A DNA stretch of 64,000 nucleotides from Myxococcales bacterium (lineage in GTDB: Bacteria > Myxococcota_A > Polyangia > Polyangiales > Polyangiaceae), in the NCBI GenBank assembly GCA_016191785.1, contig JACPVJ010000021.1, positions 1 through 64,000 of the forward strand, in the 5' to 3' direction. Numbering within the stretch: the stretch's first letter is position 1; every line of letters starts with the position of its first letter. The position numbers and the translations under genes are program-made. The notes under the pieces are model-generated. The model was not told the DNA's origin. It did not search any database and worked only from the letters and a program-made list of their open reading frames with translations. Positions 1 to 9,238 of this stretch are shown here, in pieces.

Positions 1-150
1 ACGCAGTGACCCACGCGCTTTGTCCTCCCGGTGGTCATCGACCGCGGCTCAACGCAGTGACCCACGCGCTTTGTCCTCCCGGTGGTCATCGACCGCGGCT
101 CAACGCAGTGACCCACGCGCTTTGTCCTCCGACCGCGGCTCAGCGCAGTG
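1..150. repeat. Tandem direct repeat, 51-bp unit (acgcagtgacccacgcgctttgtcctcccggtggtcatcgaccgcggctca) in about 2.8 copies; third copy has an internal deletion
   Basis: Two perfect 51-bp copies at 1-51 and 52-102, then a degenerate third copy running up to the stop codon of the adjacent minus-strand lipoprotein gene. No spacers, so not CRISPR-like. Confidence 0.85.
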
Positions 151-156
151 AACCCG

Positions 157-1800
157 TCACTTCACCGGCGGCGGCGTGATCGGAGCGAGATCGAGCCCGC
201 CGGGGTACTGGTAACTGGTGAACTTGCCGTAGCCGACCACCTGCAAGCCCACCGGGCTCGCGGCCTCGAGCACGTGTGCGCCCGCTTGACCTTGCCCCAG
301 CTTGGCGCGCACCACCTCGTAGCCGCTGGACAGTGGCCCCGGCGCCACGCTCACCGGGACGCCGTCCAGAACCACGGCCACGCCGCTCTTCCGCACGATG
401 TCGACGTAGCCCACGTCGTAGTCGTCGGGCGCGAGGAACACGTACTTCTTGCGGTACTGCTCCACGCTCACCGCGGCGCTCTGCGAGGGATCGCCGCGAC
501 GCTCGTGGGGCGGCTTCGCAGCGTCGACCAGGCTGCCTCCGAGTTGGATGGTGACCACCGCGAACGCCTGGCTGCCCTCGATCTCGAAGTCCTGCGTCAC
601 GACCTCGAGGTCGACCACTTGCCCGGCGTCGATCTGCGTCGGCGCGCCGGGCGGCGCCCCGCCGGGATAGCTGAGCGTGGTGCCGTCGGCGTTGCCCACC
701 AGACGCACGAAGTGACCGACGGCGTCACCGTTAGGCCCCGTGGGCACCGTGACGAAGTAGCGCTTGCCCAGCGTCTCGGCCGGGAACACGCTCTCTTCGA
801 TGTGGTCACAGGCGGCCTTCTCGACGTCGAACGGCTGGTTCACGCACGGCATGCCGGTGATCACCTGCACGGGTTTGTCCGCGGTCACCAGGCTGCCCGC
901 CAGATCGGAGGCCGGGCTGGCGACGATCTCGACGACCTCGCCGCGCTTCAGCGAAAAGTCGTAGGTCACGCCCTTGTCGGCCCCCGGAATGTCGGTGCCG
1001 GCGGCGGTAGTGGCGTTCTTGCTCAGCTTCACCGTGACCTTGGTGCCGTCCTGAGTTCCGGTGACCGCAAAGTACGGCGGCATGTTCACCATCGGCCAGC
1101 CGCGCTGCCCCGCCAGGCGATAGGTGCCGGTGAGGGCAGAGGTCGGGAGCAGCAGCGACGCGTCATTCGAGAACGAGTAGCAACCCACCGCTGCCCCGAC
1201 CTGGGCGCACGTCTTGTCGCCGGGGCAGGCCTTCCAGCTCTTGCCCGCCGGCCCGCCGACGCCCCGGTACTCGAGGGCGTTGAACTGATACACGCTGACC
1301 GGCACGCTGCTGGTCAGCCGATAGGCGCCGTCTGCCACGCGCACGCTCTGCTCGAGGGAGACCGAGCCACCGCACTCGTCGGCCTCACCCCCCTTGAGCT
1401 CGGGGATCCAAGGCAAGTGGATCTTCTCGAGCCCCCCCGGCGGCACCGTGACCGTCGCGACGAGCGTTGCGCCGCGCTCCACCTTGATGGCGGCCGGCTC
1501 GCTGCCTGCATTGGCGACCACCGCGGCAAAGTCGAAAGTCGACCACACGTTGTTGGCCACGACCGTCGGCCAGAACTCGCAGCCCAGGTACGAGTGCGCC
1601 GTCGCTGCCTGCTCGCACGCGCTCGCTCCGGTGATGCCCCCGCCACCGGCATCGACGCTCGGGCCCCCTCCGGCCCCCGACGACGCTCCACCCGTTCCGG
1701 CCACGCCCTCGCCCGGCTCGGGCTCTTCGATGTCCGTACTGGTCGCACAGGCGGCTGCGAGCGCGCAGGCCACAGCCGAAAGTCGTAGGCTTTTTCGCAT
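157..1800 (-). CDS. Secreted lipoprotein, 547 aa, lipobox LAAAC followed by a Gly/Ser-rich linker; function unknown
   Basis: 569-aa ORF in the track. Internal Met (MRKSLRLSAVACALAAACATS) gives a classical lipoprotein signal; ATG at 1798-1800 verified. Consistent high GC3. Confidence 0.75.
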   Translation of the reverse strand: MRKSLRLSAVACALAAACATSTDIEEPEPGEGVAGTGGASSGAGGGPSVDAGGGGITGASACEQAATAHSYLGCEFWPTVVANNVWSTFDFAAVVANAGSEPAAIKVERGATLVATVTVPPGGLEKIHLPWIPELKGGEADECGGSVSLEQSVRVADGAYRLTSSVPVSVYQFNALEYRGVGGPAGKSWKACPGDKTCAQVGAAVGCYSFSNDASLLLPTSALTGTYRLAGQRGWPMVNMPPYFAVTGTQDGTKVTVKLSKNATTAAGTDIPGADKGVTYDFSLKRGEVVEIVASPASDLAGSLVTADKPVQVITGMPCVNQPFDVEKAACDHIEESVFPAETLGKRYFVTVPTGPNGDAVGHFVRLVGNADGTTLSYPGGAPPGAPTQIDAGQVVDLEVVTQDFEIEGSQAFAVVTIQLGGSLVDAAKPPHERRGDPSQSAAVSVEQYRKKYVFLAPDDYDVGYVDIVRKSGVAVVLDGVPVSVAPGPLSSGYEVVRAKLGQGQAGAHVLEAASPVGLQVVGYGKFTSYQYPGGLDLAPITPPPVK

Positions 1801-1930
1801 CCGGCGTCTCCCACCCAGCTGAGTGGCAGCGGCGGCGGCGACCGGGCGGAAAAATCCCAGAGCCACCCGAAGTAGCAGGTGGGCACCGAGCCGCGTACTC
1901 TTGCGGGGTCACCACCGCGGAGGTCGACCC

Positions 1931-3967
1931 ATGCGCCAAGCCTTACCGTTCGTGTTCTTGTTCGTGTCCGTTGGGCTGAGCGCGTGCGGCTCAGGTGCGT
2001 CGAACGCACCGGGAGGCAGCGGCGGCTCGACCAGCACCGGTGGCTCGTCGGCCAGCGGCGGCTCGGGCGCGGCGACCAGCGGCGGCACCGGCGGCACCAG
2101 CGCCGGGGGATCTGGCAACACGGCGAACACCGGCGGACAGGCCGGCGGCGGCACCGGGGGCGACGCGGGCCCCACCGGGTGCACGAGCAACACCGACTGC
2201 GCCTCGGATCCGGGCGGGCCGACCTGCGACCCTTCGACCGGCAAGTGCGTCGGCTGCCTGGGCGCGACGGACTGCCCGACCGGGCAGTACTGCGACACCG
2301 CGACCAAGAAGTGTGGCGCCGGCTGCGACGAGGCCTCCGACTGCAGCGGCGCGACCCCGTTCTGCAACGCCGCCACCAAGGCCTGCGTGACCTGCCTGAA
2401 GGACACCGACTGCCCCTCGGGTCAGATCTGCGCCAGCAACGCCTGCGCGACGGGCTGCAGCGCGAGCCAGCCCTGTCCAACCGCGGGGGAAACCTGCTGC
2501 GGAGCCAGCTGCCACGACCTGCAGACCGACGTGAACGCCTGCGGCGCGTGCGGCACGGCGTGCAACTCGTACCCGAACGCCGCCACCCAGTGCGTCGCCG
2601 GGGCTTGCGGCATGGGGGCCTGCGCGGCTGGGTTCGCCGACTGCAACGAGAGCGCCATCGACGGCTGCGAGTGGAACACCGGGGTGGGCGGCGCCTGCGC
2701 TTGCAAGCCGGGCTCGACCCAGAGCTGCTACACCGGTCCGACCGGGACGGCGGGGGTCGGCGAGTGCAAGGCGGGGCAGCAGACGTGCGACGCAAGCGGC
2801 TTGCTCTGGGGCCCGTGTCTGAATCAGGTCGTGCCCAGCGACGAGGTCTGCGCCAACGGCCTGGACGAGGACTGCAGCGGCACCGCCGACGACGTGAAGG
2901 ACACGGACGGGGACGGCTGGACGAAGTGCAACGGCGACTGCTGCGAGGACTCGAGCCAGTGCTCGAAGCCCAAGAACGTCAACCCCGGTGCGTTCGAGGT
3001 GGTGGGCAACTCGGTGGACGACGACTGCGACCCGGCGACCAGCGACACCACGCCGACGACGGATTGCGCGACCACCGCCAAGTGGACCGGCGTCACCGCG
3101 ACGGACGTGGCGCAAGCCATCGACCTCTGCCAGTTCACCACCGCCAGCCCACCCCTCGCCCAGAAGAAGTGGGGCGTGATCACCGCTCAGCACCTGCAAC
3201 CCAACGGCACCACGCCGAATGCCACCGCCCTCAGCGAGATGCAGAACTGGCAGACGGCGGTGGTCCAGAACTACGGTACCGGCGGCATCGTGCCCACCAA
3301 GGGGCCGACCATGGCGGGGATCTCGTCCGGCCGGATGCGCGACCAGAACGACCCGAACTACGTCAACCCGAACTCCGGCGCGTCGTTCAGCACCAGCACC
3401 AGTCCGCCGCCGGCCTACCTGGCGGCGCACGCCGGCGCGCTGCCCGCGTCGGCGGGCTGCAGCGGCACCTGCCCCGCCGGCAGCGGCGCCAACGACCCGG
3501 TCAACGTCCGGCTGACGATCCGCGTCCCGACCAACGCCCAGTCGTTCTCCTACAAGTTCCGCTTCTTCAGCTCGGAGTACTGGACCTACCAGTGCACCAT
3601 CTTCAACGACTTCTACCTCGCCCTGCTCACCACGGGCGCCGCGGGGATCCCGGCGGACAAGAACATCTCGTTCGATTCCGCGAACAACCCGGTGAGCGTC
3701 AACAACGGCTTCTTCGACCTGTGCGCGGCCAAGGGCTGCAACACCTGCCCCTTCGGGATGGGTGAGCTCGCGGGCACCGGCATGCAGCTGAGCAACACCG
3801 GCGGGGGCACCAAGTGGCTGACCACGACGGCGCCAGTCGTGCCCGGCGAGACCATGGTGATCGAGTTCATGGTCTTCGACGTGAGCGACCACATCCTGGA
3901 CTCGCTGACCATCCTCGACAACTTCCAGTGGAGCCTGGATCCATCGGGCGTCGGCACGACCGGCTGA
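1931..3967 (+). CDS. Cysteine-rich secreted lipoprotein, 678 aa. Lipobox LSAC, Gly/Ser/Thr-rich linker, then many tandem Cys-x-x-DC-type modules
   Basis: ATG at 1931 (MRQALPFVFLFVSVGLSAC). About 60 Cys in regularly spaced CxxC, DC and CxxGxC motifs. Long ORF in high-GC frame. Confidence 0.8.
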   Translation: MRQALPFVFLFVSVGLSACGSGASNAPGGSGGSTSTGGSSASGGSGAATSGGTGGTSAGGSGNTANTGGQAGGGTGGDAGPTGCTSNTDCASDPGGPTCDPSTGKCVGCLGATDCPTGQYCDTATKKCGAGCDEASDCSGATPFCNAATKACVTCLKDTDCPSGQICASNACATGCSASQPCPTAGETCCGASCHDLQTDVNACGACGTACNSYPNAATQCVAGACGMGACAAGFADCNESAIDGCEWNTGVGGACACKPGSTQSCYTGPTGTAGVGECKAGQQTCDASGLLWGPCLNQVVPSDEVCANGLDEDCSGTADDVKDTDGDGWTKCNGDCCEDSSQCSKPKNVNPGAFEVVGNSVDDDCDPATSDTTPTTDCATTAKWTGVTATDVAQAIDLCQFTTASPPLAQKKWGVITAQHLQPNGTTPNATALSEMQNWQTAVVQNYGTGGIVPTKGPTMAGISSGRMRDQNDPNYVNPNSGASFSTSTSPPPAYLAAHAGALPASAGCSGTCPAGSGANDPVNVRLTIRVPTNAQSFSYKFRFFSSEYWTYQCTIFNDFYLALLTTGAAGIPADKNISFDSANNPVSVNNGFFDLCAAKGCNTCPFGMGELAGTGMQLSNTGGGTKWLTTTAPVVPGETMVIEFMVFDVSDHILDSLTILDNFQWSLDPSGVGTTG

Positions 3968-3991
3968 GCCGGTCAGACCCGGTCTTTGCGG
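3958..3991 (+). terminator. Possible hairpin terminator (gaccggctgagccggtc then gacccggtc then tttgcgg) overlapping the stop of the preceding CDS
   Basis: Inverted repeats seen directly; no strong U-tract. Confidence 0.25.
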
Positions 3992-4271
3992 CACTCGCGC
4001 ACGACGCCCAGGAAGGTCGCCGGGCGCCCGGGCAACACACAGCGCACGCAACACCGAAGGAACACCCGCCAGCCGAACTCGCGGACGATCACCGGTCCGT
4101 GGGTCAAGAGGTGCCTGGTCGTCACGTACCCGTGCATGGGCTCCGGTCCGACCGCCAGCAATGCATGTGCCACGCGCCCGGGTCAAGAAAAGGCCGGTGT
4201 TCGAAGCCGCGGGTCTCAGATCTGAAATGCCGAGGTTGCGCGGGCGAAGGGCCGACCCACCGCGCGCCCAG

Positions 4272-5204
4272 TCAGCCCCTCCGGGACCTGCGCCGCGACC
4301 GCAGCGCCCAGAGCCCCCGCTGCACGCCCAGCGTCGCGATCCCCGCGGTGATCGCGCACCCGAGGTTCACGGCCAGCTGGAGCGACGCCCCGCGCAGCTC
4401 GGGCCAGTCCCGATACGCTGCCGCGACCGCCATGTTGGCCGCGGCGGGGACGGTGGTCACCGAGATCAGCACCCCGATCAGCGCCCCGGATTTCGAGGTG
4501 CTGAGCGAGAGAATGCCCGCCACGCCGGCCAAGAGGGCGATGATCACCGAGTAGGCGTCGGGGTGCGAGATGAACAGCGTCTGCGTCCGCGCCAGCGTAG
4601 CCGGCGTCGTGCCCCACGCGCGCAGCGCCACGACCACGAGCCAGGTCGCCGTCGCCGCGATGGGGAAGCCGAGCACCAGCGCCGCGAGCGACCGAATTGC
4701 CAACGCCCATCGGCGCTGGACTGCCGCGACGCACAGCCCGGCGAGAGGTCCGAACTCGGGACCGACCACCATCGCGCCGATGATCAACACCACCGAATCG
4801 GTGAGAATGCCGACCGCGGCGATCACCGTCGCCAGCACCAAGAAGATCATGTAGCTCGCGTTCAGCTCTGCGCTCTCCGAGGTTTGCGCCTCGACCTCTT
4901 CCCACACCACGGCGTTACCCGGCGAACCCTCGGCGGCGCGCTCGGCGGCGTCCGCCGCGTCTGAGATCGCAGCGTCGATTGTCTCGACCGCGATCGAGCC
5001 GAGCCGCTCGACCCCAAGGGCACGGAGCGTTTCCAGTACGACGCTGCCTTCTTCGCGCGCCACGTCACAAGAGACCAGGTCGCCCTTCGGCTTGAGCGCG
5101 ACGCCTTGCCAGAGCACCAGGTTCGTCACCGAAGGTTCTGCCGAGAGCGCCTGCAGGACCTGCTCGGAGAGCTCGTTAGGGACGACCAGTCGCAAGTGCA
5201 GCAT
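4272..5204 (-). CDS. DUF389-family integral membrane protein, about 310 aa
   Basis: ORF shortened to the internal Met MLHLRLVVPNE (cat at 5202-5204). Multi-TM C-terminal half with the Gly/Ala-rich helices typical of DUF389 (TIGR00341-like). Confidence 0.7.
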   Translation of the reverse strand: MLHLRLVVPNELSEQVLQALSAEPSVTNLVLWQGVALKPKGDLVSCDVAREEGSVVLETLRALGVERLGSIAVETIDAAISDAADAAERAAEGSPGNAVVWEEVEAQTSESAELNASYMIFLVLATVIAAVGILTDSVVLIIGAMVVGPEFGPLAGLCVAAVQRRWALAIRSLAALVLGFPIAATATWLVVVALRAWGTTPATLARTQTLFISHPDAYSVIIALLAGVAGILSLSTSKSGALIGVLISVTTVPAAANMAVAAAYRDWPELRGASLQLAVNLGCAITAGIATLGVQRGLWALRSRRRSRRG

Positions 5205-5490
5205 GGCGCGACTGTACCGCGCCGTTGGCACGGCTGATGCGCAGTGAGCGGAGCGACGCTCGACGCGACGCGAAATCGTCGTTGGCACCGCGATTGCGGC
5301 GTTGCGCTGGCGAATGGCCGGACGCACCCATGGTCCGCATGGCGCACGCCGAAGCCCATCCGTTCTCGGCGTCGCGACCGAAACCCTAGTCGACAGGGGC
5401 CAGCCGAGACGCGCACGGCGAGAGTCGTGCGCGGTCGGCTTGCACCCCAAGGCTCGGACTTTCGCCGCTCCGAGCGCCGGGAGGAAAACC

Positions 5491-7509
5491 ATGTCCATGC
5501 TCATGTTCGTCGGTCTCGCGTTCGCCGCCCTCGTCGTCGTGTTCGTCCTGGCCGGCACCCGCTACATCCCCAACCATTCGGTCGGCATCGTCGAGAAGCG
5601 CTGGAGCCTGCGCGGGTCGGTGCTGAGCGGTTTCATCGCGCGCGGCGGCGAGGCCGGGTACCAACCCCGGGTGCTGCGCGGTGGCGTGCACTTCCGGATG
5701 CCGCTTCAGTACCGCGTGCACCGCGCGCCGCTGGTCACCATCCCGCAAGGGAAGATCGGCTACGTCTTTGCGCGTGACGGTCGCCCGCTGTCGCCGGGAC
5801 AGGCCCTCGCAGAAAACCAGGCCGCCCGCGACTTCCAGGACGTCGAGCTGTTCCTTCGGAGCGGCGGGCAGCAGGGCCCCCAGCGCCAGCTCCTCCGCGA
5901 GGGCACGTACGCGATCAACCTGGCACAGTTCGTCGTCTTGACCTGGGACAAGCTCTATTACTTGAAGCTCGGTCGCGACGAGGACGACGTGTTCAAGCGC
6001 ATGGCCGACACGATCATCACCCGCGACGGCTTCCGTCCGGTGGTCATCCAGGGCACCGACGATGCGATCGGCATCGTCACCGTGCACGACGGTCCGGCGC
6101 TGCCCCAAGGTGAGATCATCGCGCCCACGGTGGGCCATGACCCTGGTGTCTTGGCGGGGCATCACGAAAACTTCCAGGACCCGGATGCCTTCCTGGTGGC
6201 CGGGGGCTTCCGCGGCCGCCAGCTCCAAGTTCTGGCCGAGGGCACGTACTACATCAACCGCCTCTTCGCCTCGATCGAGCTGGTCCCCAAGACCGTGGTC
6301 GAGGTGGGCAACGTGGGCGTCGTGGTGTCGTACACCGGCGAGCGCGGCACCGACGTCTCGGGCACGGACTACAAGCATGGCGAGCTCGTGGCCCAAGGCC
6401 GGCGCGGCGTGTGGGAGAGCCCGCTCTTGCCTGGCAAGTACGCTTTCAACACCTACGCGGGGCGCGTGGTCATGGTGCCCACCACGAACTTCATCTTGAA
6501 GTGGAACAAGGGCGAGGTGGGGGCTCACCGCTTCGACGAGAACCTGGCCGAGGTGTCGCTGATCACCAAGGACGCCTTCGAGCCCAAGCTGCCGCTGAGC
6601 GTGGTGGTGCACATCGACTACCGCAAGGCGTCGCTGGTGGTGCAACGCTTCGGCGACGTGAAGCGTCTGGTGGAGCAAACCCTCGACCCGATGGTCGCCG
6701 CCTATTTCAAGAACGTGGCCCAGACCCGAACCTTGATCCAGCTGCTGCAAGATCGGTCGAGCATCCAGCGACTGAGCAGTGAAGAGATGCGCGAGAAATT
6801 CGAGCACTACAACTTGGAGCTGGAAGAGGTGCTGATCGGCACCCCGACCTCTCAAGGCAACGACGCCCACATCGAGCAGATCTTGAAGCAGCTGCGGTCG
6901 CGCCAGATCGCGGAAGAGCAGGTCGAGACCTATGCCCGGCAAGAGCGCGCCGCGCTCAAAGAGCGCGAGCTGCGCGAAGCAGAGGCGCGAGCCAACCAGC
7001 AACGCACCATCACCGAGTCCGAGCTGTCGATCGTGGTCCAAGAGAACCAGGGCAAGGCCGAGCTCCAGCGCGCGCTGCAGAACGCAGCTCAGATCCGCGC
7101 CATCAGCCAGGCCGAGGCCGACCAGCTGCGCATGATGGGCGAGGCCGAGGCCGAGAAGACGGCCCGTGTGGGCATCGCCCAGGCGATCGCCACCGAAGAG
7201 CAGGTCCGCGCCTACGGCGGCCCGAAGCTCCAGGTCACCCAGGCGGTGCTGGGTCGCTTCTCCGAGGCGATCGAGAAGGCCGGTGTGGACGTGGTCCCGC
7301 GGGTGGTGGTCGGTAGCAGCGGCGGCGCTGGCAACGGCGGTGTGCTCGAGACCCTGCTCTCGGTCTTGCTCTCGGAGAAGATCGGGGAGAGCCCACTCAT
7401 GGTCGAGGACGAGCGACCGCGCAGCCCCGAGGTCGATGCGCTGCGCCACGATCTGCGGCGGAGGCTCCTGGCCGAGCGGCCTTTGAGCGGCCTTCCCGCG
7501 GCGGAGTGA
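5491..7509 (+). CDS. Flotillin-like SPFH/band-7 protein (YqiK/FloT-like), 672 aa, N-terminal TM then SPFH domain then long coiled-coil
   Basis: ATG at 5491 preceded by GGGAGG. N-terminal hydrophobic segment MSMLMFVGLAFAALVVVFVLAG. Extended Glu/Ala/Gln-rich coiled coil typical of flotillins. Confidence 0.85.
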   Translation: MSMLMFVGLAFAALVVVFVLAGTRYIPNHSVGIVEKRWSLRGSVLSGFIARGGEAGYQPRVLRGGVHFRMPLQYRVHRAPLVTIPQGKIGYVFARDGRPLSPGQALAENQAARDFQDVELFLRSGGQQGPQRQLLREGTYAINLAQFVVLTWDKLYYLKLGRDEDDVFKRMADTIITRDGFRPVVIQGTDDAIGIVTVHDGPALPQGEIIAPTVGHDPGVLAGHHENFQDPDAFLVAGGFRGRQLQVLAEGTYYINRLFASIELVPKTVVEVGNVGVVVSYTGERGTDVSGTDYKHGELVAQGRRGVWESPLLPGKYAFNTYAGRVVMVPTTNFILKWNKGEVGAHRFDENLAEVSLITKDAFEPKLPLSVVVHIDYRKASLVVQRFGDVKRLVEQTLDPMVAAYFKNVAQTRTLIQLLQDRSSIQRLSSEEMREKFEHYNLELEEVLIGTPTSQGNDAHIEQILKQLRSRQIAEEQVETYARQERAALKERELREAEARANQQRTITESELSIVVQENQGKAELQRALQNAAQIRAISQAEADQLRMMGEAEAEKTARVGIAQAIATEEQVRAYGGPKLQVTQAVLGRFSEAIEKAGVDVVPRVVVGSSGGAGNGGVLETLLSVLLSEKIGESPLMVEDERPRSPEVDALRHDLRRRLLAERPLSGLPAAE

Positions 7510-7564
7510 AGGCGTCAGCGCCGGAAACGGGGCGACTCTCGGGTCGCCCCGTCGTCGTTCCGGG

Positions 7565-9187
7565 TCACGCGCTGGGCTTGGCTGCGCGCTTCTTGGTGGC
7601 CTTCTTTGCGAACTTCTTCGCGGCCTTCTTGGTGGCCTTCTTCTTCGCAACCTTCTTCTTCGCGACCGGCGGATCCCCGGCCGGCTTCTTCGCGGTGCGC
7701 CGGGCACGCGGCTTCGCAACCCGAACGGGCTCCGTCGCCGGCTCGGAGTCCGTGACGCGGATGGGCTCGAGCTCCGGCTCGGAGGCAGGCGTGCTCACGG
7801 CCATGGGCAGCGTCTGCTCGCGCGTGGCCGGCGCGACCTCGCCGCCCAGCCAAGCCACCACGTCGCTGGTCTCGCGCTGGGTCTGGGCCGAGACCTCGAG
7901 GTCCGTGCCGGCCAGCCACTGCCGCACCATGCTCTGGCCCTCGCGGACCCGCGCTCCGATGGCCATCACCGGCGAGACCGAGACGGACCGCGACGGCGGC
8001 GGCGCGGTGGGCGGCGGTGCAACGGGAACCGACGGCACCGGCGTGCGCAGGCGCTCGCCCCCGGTGACGGCTTCGGCCACCCGCGCGACCGCGGTGGCCG
8101 CCCGCTTGAACACCGCCTTGAGCACCGGCAGCGCGCCCGACATCGGAAGCTCGATGCTGGCCGAAGCCTCGGACCGGGCGGTGGGCGGCGCGCTCGCGGG
8201 GATCACCGGCGTGGGGACGCGCGGAGCCGGAGCCGCGGGCGCTTCGAGCGGCGCCGTCACCTCGGCCGCGCTGGCCACGTCTTCGGCGGTCACCAGCGCC
8301 GACGCGAGCTCGGGGTTGCCCAGCGCCGCCAAGAGCGCGTTCCAGGCGCCGCGCAGCGTGCGAAACCGGAGATCGGGATCGACCGCCAAGACCTGGCCGA
8401 CCCATTCGTCGACCTCCGTGGGCACGTCGGGCCTGAGCGGCGAGAGCGCCGGGCGAGCCGCAGTGGTCGCCGCCTTGAACTTGTCTTGAAGCGACACACC
8501 GGCGAACGGGAACTGCCCGGCGAGCGCACGGAACACCAGCACGCCGAAGGAATACACGTCCACGCGCTGGTCCAGCGCGTCGCTCTTGCCTCGCCAGGCT
8601 TCGGGGGCGATGTAGCTGGGCGATCCGACGATGGTTCCGGCGGCGGTCAGCGGCATCTGCGAGCGCAGGCGCGCCAGCCCGAAGTCCAGCACCCGCACGC
8701 CCCCGCCCGCCTTCTCGGCGAGCATGAACACGTTGGCGGGCTTCAGATCGCGGTGGATGATTCCCTGCTCGTGGGCGCGCTCGAGGGTCGTCACCACCGG
8801 GCTCAGCACCGCAAGTAGGCTCGCCACGGAAATGCGTTGCCCGCGTTGTTCGAGCCCCTCGAGGTGAGCCTCGAGGTCCATGCCGTCGAGCAGCTCCATC
8901 ACCAGGCAGAGCTTGCCGCTGCTGCTGCGGCAGAGGTCGATCAGCTCGACGGCGGAGGTCCCCGCGAGCTTCACCAGCGCGATCTGCTCACGCCGAAGCC
9001 GCTCGACCTGCTGCGGATCCTTGGCGGCGACGTCGGTCAGCATCTTGACCGCCACGAGGCGTCCGCTCTCGCGGTCCTTGGCTTTCCACACCAAGCCGTG
9101 GCCGCCGCGACCGATGATCGACCCGAGCTCGTAGCGACCCGCGATGACGTGTCCCGAGTGTGGTTCTGCGAGTTCGGAACCGCCCAT
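7565..9187 (-). CDS. Ser/Thr protein kinase with C-terminal Lys/Ala-rich (histone H1-like) tail, 540 aa
   Basis: Hanks motifs present: G-loop GRGGHGLVWKA, VAVK, HRDLKPAN, DFG, SPSYIAPE. C-terminus KKKVAKKKATKKAAKKFAKKATKKRAAK. Start at MGGSEL (cat at 9185-9187). Confidence 0.9.
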   Translation of the reverse strand: MGGSELAEPHSGHVIAGRYELGSIIGRGGHGLVWKAKDRESGRLVAVKMLTDVAAKDPQQVERLRREQIALVKLAGTSAVELIDLCRSSSGKLCLVMELLDGMDLEAHLEGLEQRGQRISVASLLAVLSPVVTTLERAHEQGIIHRDLKPANVFMLAEKAGGGVRVLDFGLARLRSQMPLTAAGTIVGSPSYIAPEAWRGKSDALDQRVDVYSFGVLVFRALAGQFPFAGVSLQDKFKAATTAARPALSPLRPDVPTEVDEWVGQVLAVDPDLRFRTLRGAWNALLAALGNPELASALVTAEDVASAAEVTAPLEAPAAPAPRVPTPVIPASAPPTARSEASASIELPMSGALPVLKAVFKRAATAVARVAEAVTGGERLRTPVPSVPVAPPPTAPPPSRSVSVSPVMAIGARVREGQSMVRQWLAGTDLEVSAQTQRETSDVVAWLGGEVAPATREQTLPMAVSTPASEPELEPIRVTDSEPATEPVRVAKPRARRTAKKPAGDPPVAKKKVAKKKATKKAAKKFAKKATKKRAAKPSA

Positions 9188-9238
9188 GGCCCGCGAGTAT
9201 ATATGCCGAGCGGTACGAAACCTGCTTTGGCTTCGAAG

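Noticed and set aside
1-150. Possible CRISPR array
   Set aside because: Repeats are directly adjacent with no spacers and are 51 bp long; it is a tandem repeat, not CRISPR.
148-1788. 546-aa plus-strand ORF
   Set aside because: Antisense shadow of the lipoprotein gene (157-1800, minus strand) in a 70% GC genome; Arg/His-rich nonsense composition.
1991-4186. 731-aa minus-strand ORF
   Set aside because: Shadow ORF opposite the Cys-rich lipoprotein; Ala/Arg/Gly-rich low-complexity translation.
5386-7719. 777-aa minus-strand ORF
   Set aside because: Antisense to the flotillin gene; no motifs; typical high-GC shadow frame.
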